In this document: positions 56,997 to 64,000 of the stretch, piece by piece
Layout of the letters: the number at the start of each line of letters is the position of its first letter
Numbering within the stretch: the first letter of the stretch is position 1
NCBI GenBank assembly: GCA_017529865.1
Contig: JAFXNA010000018.1
Coordinates: forward strand, 105,138 to 169,137
Length of the DNA stretch: 64,000 nucleotides
Direction: 5' to 3'
From: Bacteroidaceae bacterium
GTDB lineage: Bacteria; Bacteroidota; Bacteroidia; Bacteroidales; Bacteroidaceae
Program-made: the position numbers and the translations under genes
Notes under the pieces: model-generated
Seen by the model: only the letters and a program-made list of their open reading frames with translations
What the model was told of the DNA's origin: nothing
Databases searched by the model: none

Positions 56997-57432
56997 TCAG
57001 TTCAGGAGCAATCTGAGTCAATGGTTCCAATACGAAACGGCGCTCCTTCATACGAGGATGTGGAATCGTAAGTGCTGGAGTTTCAATCGTCTCATTATCG
57101 TATAGGAGAATGTCGATATCAATCAGTCTGTCGTGATAGATACCATTGACGGATTTCCGTTTCCTCCCCAATTCCTTTTCTATTTGTTGTGTAATTTTGA
57201 GCACCTCAAAAGCCGTGAAGGTTGTTTCCAACCCTATTGCCATATTATTAAATAGGTGTGTGCTTTTGAACCCCACAGGTTCTGTAACAAACAAATCGGA
57301 TTGATCCGTAATCGGACCAATTCGATCTGCTATCAATGTGATGGCACGATTTAGGTTCTGCTGTCTGTTTCCTTGATTCGAGCCAAGACTCAAATACACT
57401 TTATGAACCTGTGCCGTCATTGTCTTAATCAA
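56944..57432 (-). CDS. folK: 2-amino-4-hydroxy-6-hydroxymethyldihydropteridine diphosphokinase
   Basis: [34 protein letters not shown]. Confidence 0.9.
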   Translation of the reverse strand: MIKTMTAQVHKVYLSLGSNQGNRQQNLNRAITLIADRIGPITDQSDLFVTEPVGFKSTHLFNNMAIGLETTFTAFEVLKITQQIEKELGRKRKSVNGIYHDRLIDIDILLYDNETIETPALTIPHPRMKERRFVLEPLTQIAPELIIPNETKTIAELLVDIC

Positions 57433-58507
57433 TAATCAACAAGGCATCGCCAAAGCAACCGAACTTATAGCCGTCCTTGATGGCTGTTTCGTATGCCTTC
57501 ATTACGTTTTCGTATTCACCGAAAGCGCATTGCATCATCAGCATGAGTGACAATGGGGCTTGGAAGTTTGATACGAAAGCATTAGCTACGCCGAATTCGT
57601 ATGGGGGGAAGATGAATTTATTCGTCCAACCGGTAAACTCCTTGAGTACGCCTCCAGGACCCACAGCTGTCTCAACAGCACGCATGGTCGTTGTTCCCAC
57701 TGCACATACGCGGTGTCCACCCTCGTTCGCCTTGTTTACGATGTCGCATGCCTCTTTTCCAATCACAACTTCTTCACTGTCAGTCTTGTGTTTCGTCAGG
57801 TCTTCCACATCGATGGTGCGGAAGTTGCCCAATCCTACATGCAGGGTGATGAATGCTTGAGTTATACCCTTAATCTCCATGCGTTTCATCAACTCACGAG
57901 AGAAGTGAAGACCTGTAGCAGGTGAAGTAACTGCTCCTTCATGCTTGGCAAAGATGGTCTGGCAGTTCTCCATATCCTCCGGTACGGCTCTACGGAACCT
58001 CCTAACCTCGTCGGTCAATGGTGCCTCACCTAATGAATAGAGCGACTGCTTGAATTCTTCATGCGATTCCCTGATGGTCTTATCGCGGTCTCCATCATAT
58101 AGGAATCGGAGTGTACGGCCTCTCGATGTGGTGTTATCGATCACTTCAGCAACCAATGAGTTGTCCTCACCAAAATACAGCTTGTTGCCGATTCGTATCT
58201 TGCGAGCAGGGTCTACCAACACATCCCACAATCGCATGTCGGCATTCAGTTCACGCAACAAGAAAACCTCAATCAGTGCTCCTGTCTTTTCCTTGTTGCC
58301 ATATAGGCGAGCTGGAAACACCTGAGAGTCATTGAAGATAAAAGCATCACCATCATCAAAATAGTCGATGATGTCTTTAAAGATACGGTGTTCGATTTCA
58401 CCTGTATTCTTGTGTAATACCATCAAACGAGCCTCGTCTCTATGATAAGGTGGCTCCAAACCGATATTCTCATCGGGTAGTTTGAATTTAAACTGTGAGA
58501 GTTTCAT
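57425..58507 (-). CDS. queA: S-adenosylmethionine:tRNA ribosyltransferase-isomerase
   Basis: [29 protein letters not shown]. Confidence 0.95.
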   Translation of the reverse strand: MKLSQFKFKLPDENIGLEPPYHRDEARLMVLHKNTGEIEHRIFKDIIDYFDDGDAFIFNDSQVFPARLYGNKEKTGALIEVFLLRELNADMRLWDVLVDPARKIRIGNKLYFGEDNSLVAEVIDNTTSRGRTLRFLYDGDRDKTIRESHEEFKQSLYSLGEAPLTDEVRRFRRAVPEDMENCQTIFAKHEGAVTSPATGLHFSRELMKRMEIKGITQAFITLHVGLGNFRTIDVEDLTKHKTDSEEVVIGKEACDIVNKANEGGHRVCAVGTTTMRAVETAVGPGGVLKEFTGWTNKFIFPPYEFGVANAFVSNFQAPLSLMLMMQCAFGEYENVMKAYETAIKDGYKFGCFGDALLIID

Positions 58508-58527
58508 GTATGTAATGATTTGTTACG

Positions 58528-59241
58528 TTATGATGTTTCATTTTCTATCTCGATGGTCTGAGCATTCAGCCAATCGTCAAACTCCGTGATATCCAGACAA
58601 TCTGCCAGTCGGTAGTTGCCGACTCTAGTGCGGCACAAATCCGTGAGATATGCACCCGTATGCAGTGCCTGGCCGATATCTCGGGCTAATGCCCTGATGT
58701 ATGTACCTTTGCTACACACGACCCTGATCATAATTTCCGACGGCAGGTTGCACGTCATAAGTTCTATCTCATCAATCGTGAGTTGCTTGGGCTTCAGTTC
58801 CACTTCCTGCCCCTTTCGTGCCATCTGGTAAGCACGTTTACCGTTCACTTTGACAGCCGAGAACGAAGGTGGTACTTGTTCTATGGTACCTACGAATTGC
58901 TGCAACACATTTTCCACCATCTCTTTGGTAATGTGGTCAGTAGGGTAGGTTGCGTCCTCCTCTGTCTCTTTATCGAACGAAGGAGTGGTTGCACCTAGTT
59001 TCAATGTTGCCACATATTCCTTCACTCCTGCTTGCAGTTCGTCAATCCGTTTGGTCGCCTTACCGCTGCAGATGATGAGTACCCCTGTAGCCAGTGGGTC
59101 GAGTGTACCGGCATGTCCTATTTTCAGTTTCCTGTTTCTCGTCCGATGTCTCAGGATGCCTCGCACTTTATTTACGAGGTCGAACGAAGTCCATGTATAG
59201 GGCTTGTTGAAACAGAAAATCTCTCCTTTTTGTGGATTCAT
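58528..59241 (-). CDS. truB: tRNA pseudouridine(55) synthase
   Basis: KIGHAGTLDPLATGVL, QVPP.FSA.KV.G.RAY, KGTYIR.LARD.G. Confidence 0.95.
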   Translation of the reverse strand: MNPQKGEIFCFNKPYTWTSFDLVNKVRGILRHRTRNRKLKIGHAGTLDPLATGVLIICSGKATKRIDELQAGVKEYVATLKLGATTPSFDKETEEDATYPTDHITKEMVENVLQQFVGTIEQVPPSFSAVKVNGKRAYQMARKGQEVELKPKQLTIDEIELMTCNLPSEIMIRVVCSKGTYIRALARDIGQALHTGAYLTDLCRTRVGNYRLADCLDITEFDDWLNAQTIEIENETS

Positions 59242-59256
59242 CAGATTACAGAGGCT

Positions 59257-60099
59257 TTAAATACACAGTTGCCAAATGATCGTGGCTGTACCTACAATGG
59301 CACAATAGATAGCAAACCATATCATCTTACCTCGTTTCACCAGGCTAATCATCCATTTACAAGCAATGCAACCTGTGATGAAGGCGGCAAAAAAGCCTAC
59401 CACCAATGCTGTTGGAGTGATGCCCTCCATTGCTTGCTCAAAGCCAACTTCCAGCATATCCTTCACATTCAACAGCGCTTCACCCAGAATGGGAGGAATC
59501 ACCATCAGGAAGGAGAACTGAGCCAGTTTTTCCTTCTTGTTACCAAGAATCAGTCCTGTGCCGATAGTGCTACCCGAACGCGATAATCCTGGCAACACAG
59601 CGATTGCCTGAGCAATACCAATGATGAACGCATCCACCATTGAGATATGTTCCTTCTCGCGTGGTTTGGAGAAATAGGAGAATGCCAGCAACGATGCTGT
59701 TATCAAAAGACATACACCTACAACCATCAGACTATGGAATTGCTCCTCCACCCAGTCTTTGAAGAAGAAGCCTACGATGCCGATAGGTATCATCGAGATG
59801 ATGATGCAGAGCAGGTAGTTCTGCTCGTCGTTCAATCGGGTGATGCCATAGCGGCTGGGAATGAAGTCCTTACCACGTTTGCAAGCTCCGATGAACAACC
59901 ACACTATCTCTTTCCATAGAATGACCAGTGTACTCAACACCGTCGCTACATGTACCAGAATCGTGAAGGGCATGATGGTATCCGGGTCTTCCACTCCAAG
60001 CAACTCGCCTGCCAGAGCTAAGTGTCCACTACTGCTCACAGGCAAGTACTCAGTGAGTCCTTGGAATATACCCATCAGAAGTGCTTGTAACCAATCCAT
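59257..60099 (-). CDS. uppP: undecaprenyl-diphosphate phosphatase
   Basis: [23 protein letters not shown]; 8 TM segments. Confidence 0.93.
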   Translation of the reverse strand: MDWLQALLMGIFQGLTEYLPVSSSGHLALAGELLGVEDPDTIMPFTILVHVATVLSTLVILWKEIVWLFIGACKRGKDFIPSRYGITRLNDEQNYLLCIIISMIPIGIVGFFFKDWVEEQFHSLMVVGVCLLITASLLAFSYFSKPREKEHISMVDAFIIGIAQAIAVLPGLSRSGSTIGTGLILGNKKEKLAQFSFLMVIPPILGEALLNVKDMLEVGFEQAMEGITPTALVVGFFAAFITGCIACKWMISLVKRGKMIWFAIYCAIVGTATIIWQLCI

Positions 60100-60132
60100 C
60101 GTCTAATCTACTATTAAGCAATGAGCCATCGT

Positions 60133-60375
60133 CTATTCTGCTTCTTCAACTTTCTTTGCTTTCGGTTTGACCAGAATAGCTGCAATGATCACAATGAACC
60201 CCAACAGGCATGTAATGGGCGCTACCTTGATACGCATATCACTGAAGATGTCTGCATTAAACATCTGTTCTGTTGTTCCGTCGCCTGCCATCAGAATGAA
60301 TCCGATGACAACAATGGCAATACCTACTCCGAGGAGTATGTAATTAAGGGTTCCGAATGCTAAATCTTTATTCAT
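60133..60375 (-). CDS. small two-TM membrane protein (DUF3098-like)
   Basis: 80 aa with two hydrophobic helices. Conserved position between ftsX and uppP. Confidence 0.55.
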   Translation of the reverse strand: MNKDLAFGTLNYILLGVGIAIVVIGFILMAGDGTTEQMFNADIFSDMRIKVAPITCLLGFIVIIAAILVKPKAKKVEEAE

Positions 60376-60386
60376 ATATCTTAAAA

Positions 60387-60405
60387 CTTTTCACTTTTCA
60401 CTCTA
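60387..60405 (-). repeat. GTGAAAAG repeat with TAG/TGA/TGA upstream of the DUF3098-like gene
   Basis: The minus strand reads TAGagTGAaaagTGAaaag; the TAG is the ftsX stop. Confidence 0.7.
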
Positions 60406-61275
60406 AATATGATACAACTCGTTACTGCTCATTTTGAGATATTTCGACAATGAGAAATAAGTGCAGAGGAATGTGATGAGTAAGCCGAACACAAAGACTG
60501 AGACGCTTACGATAATCATCACCTTCATATCAATCACTGTATTGATTTCGGCATCGAAGTTCTTTGCCCAATACACAATGCTAATGATAATGGCATCAGC
60601 AATAATCGCTGACAACACACCCAACAGCAGTCCTTGATTGAGGAATGGTCTGCGGATGAAACCCCAACTGGCACCAACCAGCTTCATGGTGTTGATGATG
60701 AACCGTCGTGAGAAGATGGTCAGCCGCACCGTATTGTTGATCAAGGCAAACGAGATATAGGTGAATAAGGCTGCGATGATGAGCAGAATGATACTGAACT
60801 TACGGATGTTATTGTTCACCGAGTTCATCAGCTCCTTCTGATAAATCACATCCATCACCTTCTCCGTACCCTTCAGTTGCTTTGCAATCTTACTGAGGCT
60901 CTGATTATTGGCATATTCCGACTTCACCTTGATTTCAAACGAAGCCGTGAAGGGGTTATAGCCTAAGAACTCCGATGGGTCTGTACCCATATCGATACAT
61001 TGCTCATGCAGCGCACGCTCTTTCGAGATATACTTCAGCGACTTCACATAAGGCTGCTCCTCCAGTGATTTCTGCAGCGATGCAATCTCGCCCTGAGCAA
61101 TATCGTCGCTCAGCAGAATCGTCACATTGAAGTTCTCCTTCACATAGGTCGACAGATTGCGTGCTGTCAGCACAAACAGCACAATCGTTCCCAGCAACAC
61201 CAATACCAGCGACGTACTAATCAATGCCGTCACAAACTGCGTACTCAATAAACTTGAAGCTCTATTCTTTGACAT
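60403..61275 (-). CDS. ftsX: cell division permease FtsX-like
   Basis: 290 aa: an N-terminal TM helix, a periplasmic domain and three C-terminal TM helices (FtsX topology). Confidence 0.75.
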   Translation of the reverse strand: MSKNRASSLLSTQFVTALISTSLVLVLLGTIVLFVLTARNLSTYVKENFNVTILLSDDIAQGEIASLQKSLEEQPYVKSLKYISKERALHEQCIDMGTDPSEFLGYNPFTASFEIKVKSEYANNQSLSKIAKQLKGTEKVMDVIYQKELMNSVNNNIRKFSIILLIIAALFTYISFALINNTVRLTIFSRRFIINTMKLVGASWGFIRRPFLNQGLLLGVLSAIIADAIIISIVYWAKNFDAEINTVIDMKVMIIVSVSVFVFGLLITFLCTYFSLSKYLKMSSNELYHI

Positions 61276-61284
61276 CTCTCTAAA

Positions 61285-61304
61285 TTTTCACTTTTCACTC
61301 TTCA
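61285..61304 (-). repeat. period-7 TGA x3 array (minus-strand sense) from the miaB stop towards the ftsX start
   Basis: The plus strand has tca at 61288-90, 61295-97 and 61302-04. Confidence 0.8.
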
Positions 61305-62663
61305 CTTCTCTCCCCTTGAGGGGGAGTTGGAGGGGGCTTCCACCCCTTTCAATGTAGCTGAACTTGCCTCCGTAATCTTCACCTTCACAAAGTCGCCGAT
61401 ATGATGATTGTTACGGTCGAACACCACTACCTTATACTGCTGTGTGCGTCCGAACAACTGATCTTTCGAACGTTTGCTCACACCTTCCACCAGCACCTCG
61501 AACGTCTTGCCGATATCGCGCTGATAGCTCTCAGCCGACAGCTGGTTCTGTAGCGCAATCAGTTCGTTCAGTCGGCGAATCTTTGTCTCTTCAGGCACAT
61601 CGTCAGGCAGATGCTTCGATGCGTAAGTGCCTGGACGCTCCGAATACTTGAACATGAAGGCACTGTCATACTGGCATTCCCTCATCAGCGAAAGCGACAA
61701 CTGATGATCCTCTTCCGTCTCAGAGTGATAGCCGCAGAAGATGTCAGTCGTCAGTCCACAATCGGGGATGATGCGACGAATGGCAGCCACACGTTCCAGA
61801 TACCACTCGCGCGTATATTTTCTGTTCATCAGCTGCAGGATGCGGTTGCTTCCGCTCTGTACAGGCAGATGGATGTGTCGGCAGATATTCGGATAGTCGG
61901 CAATCACCTGCAACGTCTCGTCGCTCATATCCTTCGGATGCGAAGTTGTGAATCGGATGCGCATATCAGGCACCGCCTCAGCCACTCTTCTGAGCAACTC
62001 CGGGAAGTTAATCTCCGTTCCCTCTCCCTCGGTGGCCTTATACGAGTTCACATTCTGTCCCAGCAGCGTCACCTCTTTGAAACCCTTTGCCTGCAAGTCC
62101 TTCACTTCGTTCAGGATGCTGCTGATGTCCCTGCTTCGCTCACGTCCTCTGGTGTAAGGCACGATGCAATAATGGCAGAAGTTGTTGCAGCCACGCATGA
62201 TGCTCACAAACCCGGAAATGCGATTACCACAGATACGTTCGGGTATGATGTCCTTATAAGTTTCTGTTGTCGACAGCTCAACATTGATGGCTTTCTCGCC
62301 AGCTTCGACAGCAGCAAATAATTCGGGCAACTGCAAATACGAATCAGGACCGGCAACCAAGTCCACATGGTGATGCTCAATCAGGTCCTCCTTCACACGT
62401 TCGGCCATACAGCCAACCACACCGATGATTTTGAGATTTTTGGTTTTTGAGTTCTTGAGTCGTAAGTGATTCAATTCTTCCAATCTGTGGAATATCTTCT
62501 GCTCCGCATTGTCACGCACCGAGCACGTATTTAGCAACACAGCATCTGCACCCTCTATCGAGTCCTGGCTCTCATAGTCAGCCATTTTCATCACCGAGGC
62601 AATCACCTCACTGTCTGCCACATTCATCTGACAGCCGTAGGTTTCTATATAGAGTTTCTTCAT
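61302..62663 (-). CDS. miaB: tRNA (N6-isopentenyl adenosine(37)-C2)-methylthiotransferase
   Basis: IETYGCQMN, radical-SAM motif GCNNFCHYCIVP, and a TRAM domain. The C-terminal tail APSNSPSRGEK is encoded by the GC hairpin element. Confidence 0.95.
   Translation of the reverse strand: MKKLYIETYGCQMNVADSEVIASVMKMADYESQDSIEGADAVLLNTCSVRDNAEQKIFHRLEELNHLRLKNSKTKNLKIIGVVGCMAERVKEDLIEHHHVDLVAGPDSYLQLPELFAAVEAGEKAINVELSTTETYKDIIPERICGNRISGFVSIMRGCNNFCHYCIVPYTRGRERSRDISSILNEVKDLQAKGFKEVTLLGQNVNSYKATEGEGTEINFPELLRRVAEAVPDMRIRFTTSHPKDMSDETLQVIADYPNICRHIHLPVQSGSNRILQLMNRKYTREWYLERVAAIRRIIPDCGLTTDIFCGYHSETEEDHQLSLSLMRECQYDSAFMFKYSERPGTYASKHLPDDVPEETKIRRLNELIALQNQLSAESYQRDIGKTFEVLVEGVSKRSKDQLFGRTQQYKVVVFDRNNHHIGDFVKVKITEASSATLKGVEAPSNSPSRGEK
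61308..61337 (-). repeat. GC-rich hairpin element forming the last codons of miaB
   Basis: The plus strand reads ctctccccttgagggggagttggagggggc and shares agggggagttggaggggg with 62901-62918. Confidence 0.8.
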
Positions 62664-62691
62664 TAAAATGCGTACTTATCCAAATTGGCTG

Positions 62692-62699
62692 CAAAGTTA
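62692..62699 (-). promoter_or_regulatory. miaB -7 box TAacTTTG
   Basis: The plus strand reads caaagtta, 29 nt upstream of the ATG at 62663. Confidence 0.5.
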
Positions 62700-62794
62700 C
62701 GAATAAAAAGTGACATTTCGGCAAAACTTTGACGTATTTTAATCTTTTTCCCCCTCTTTTCCTCATTTCAGGCCATAAACAATCCTTCCACATG

Positions 62795-64000
62795 TCATCT
62801 AACGATGACCTTCTTCCCATCCACAATGTTCAATCCCTTCTGCAACGCCCCCATCCGCTGACCCTGCAAGTTGTAGATGGCATTGTTCCTCTCCCCATAG
62901 AGGGGGAGTTGGAGGGGGTCTTTAATTCCCGTCGCCCCTTCACCCATATACTGACCCATGAAGAGGATGACGCCTGCCGACTGCTCGCTGATGATGTAGA
63001 AGAACGGACGGTTGGCATGAAATTCTACCGATCTGGGCGCACTATCCGTTGTCATAATAGCTGTCACGGCAGCTGCTTCGGTACCTTTCTCGTCTAACTT
63101 GATCTTAGCCACCTGCTTCATCATGCCGATATAGTCGTCCTCATCATCGTCGCCTACCAACATGAGCGAAAGGTCAGCTTCGTAAGGACTGAAGGCAGAA
63201 GGCATACCCAACTCCGACATCACACCTATCAGGTCCTGATCGGTATCAGTCTCGAATCGAGGCAAAGAGAGGTCCACCTCACACATATCGCCCCACATCT
63301 TCCAGTTCTTCCCGTTCAAGTTCTCAATCACCTCATCGAGGGTCTTACCCTCATGAGGCAGGAACACCTGCATGTTGTACGTTCCGTTTCCGTAGGGCAG
63401 TTTGATCGTTTGATAAAGGTCGTTCTCGTCATATTCTGCCTCCAACTCTTGGTGCATCATCGGCACCTTCTCGCCGCCTGCAAATGGTTCGTCCTTCGTG
63501 TTTTCGACCATGAACGGAGTACTCCACATCCCCTTGAAATATGTTGCATTCAGCAGATAGCTCACAGCATAAGGATTGAACTCACTTTCGCTCAACACTT
63601 CCTTTATCATTCCCTCCGTATGGTCACTTGCCCATTTGTTGATGACGCCACGCGTCTCTCCGTCGTTAAAGTCACGCGACTGCGGATACGCACGATAATA
63701 ATGGTTCACAGTATGTGTGAAGTCCTTCTCCAGTTCAAATCCACGCCCTTTGTTCACGAAGATGGTGTTCGAAATCATGGCCGTCGTCGTATAGTCCACG
63801 TTGCCAGCCCAAAGGAGTTCGTTCGTCAGCTTCAGGCAGAACTCGTTCTGAGCATTCACATCGTCGAATCCCAACACGCGATAGATCTCCTGCTGCGTCT
63901 TCCCCGCTGTTCCGTTGTTCAGCATACCCAGCGCGTAGGTGATGCTCAGCGGTGAGAGCACCTTACTCTCTCCGTCGCGCGCCTTGCGGAACAGGTTGAA
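62795..64000 (-). CDS. serpin-family protease inhibitor with a T9SS C-terminal sorting domain; the 5' end lies beyond the window
   Basis: The frame stays open to position 64000 (FNLFRKARDGESKVLSPLSITYALGMLNNG). Hinge GTEAAAVT. C-terminus ..NAIYNLQGQRMGALQKGLNIVDGKKVIVR. Confidence 0.85.
   Translation of the reverse strand, partial: FNLFRKARDGESKVLSPLSITYALGMLNNGTAGKTQQEIYRVLGFDDVNAQNEFCLKLTNELLWAGNVDYTTTAMISNTIFVNKGRGFELEKDFTHTVNHYYRAYPQSRDFNDGETRGVINKWASDHTEGMIKEVLSESEFNPYAVSYLLNATYFKGMWSTPFMVENTKDEPFAGGEKVPMMHQELEAEYDENDLYQTIKLPYGNGTYNMQVFLPHEGKTLDEVIENLNGKNWKMWGDMCEVDLSLPRFETDTDQDLIGVMSELGMPSAFSPYEADLSLMLVGDDDEDDYIGMMKQVAKIKLDEKGTEAAAVTAIMTTDSAPRSVEFHANRPFFYIISEQSAGVILFMGQYMGEGATGIKDPLQLPLYGERNNAIYNLQGQRMGALQKGLNIVDGKKVIVR
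62888..62918 (-). repeat. GC-rich hairpin element in frame inside the serpin CTD linker
   Basis: The plus strand reads cctctccccatagagggggagttggagggggt, which encodes DPLQLPLYGER on the minus strand. Confidence 0.8.

Overview
This is a 64-kb chromosomal segment of a Bacteroidota genome, probably Prevotellaceae. That assignment is an inference from three things: T9SS por genes, TAnnTTTG promoter boxes upstream of many starts, and no Shine-Dalgarno signals. Most of the window is housekeeping operons: leuS, mutS, hisS, argS, metK, frr, rsgA, rbfA, aroQ, queA, truB, miaB, uppP, rnpA-yidD. Interleaved with them are: (a) the complete type IX secretion core operon porP-porK-porL-porM-porN (24.9-31.5 kb), plus a PorZ-like two-propeller protein with a T9SS C-terminal domain (CTD); (b) an LPS-core/envelope modification cluster (37.3-43.4 kb); (c) two serpin paralogs, one a lipoprotein co-linear with an ECF sigma / anti-sigma-beta-barrel pair, the other carrying a T9SS CTD; (d) a visibly AT-rich accessory islet at 0-4.4 kb, with a duplicated uvrA 3' end, three orphan lipoproteins, a frameshifted ORF6N gene and a perfect 23-bp inverted repeat. 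I recognised no rRNA, tRNA, CRISPR array, transposase or integrase. The most unusual signals are not genes. (1) Intercistronic spacers are built from period-7 repeats that each keep a stop triplet, which gives stops in all three frames. (2) A roughly 29-nt GC-rich hairpin element (two C-boxes, one G-box) occurs in intergenic DNA and also, in frame, inside leuS, at the miaB 3' end and in a serpin CTD. (3) porL contains a perfect 51-bp in-frame tandem repeat. (4) A 0.8-kb gene-free region upstream of argS carries 22-23-nt phased direct repeats. Two read-through gene fusions (YitT-RdgB and LolE-thioredoxin-like) and several gene relics are also present.
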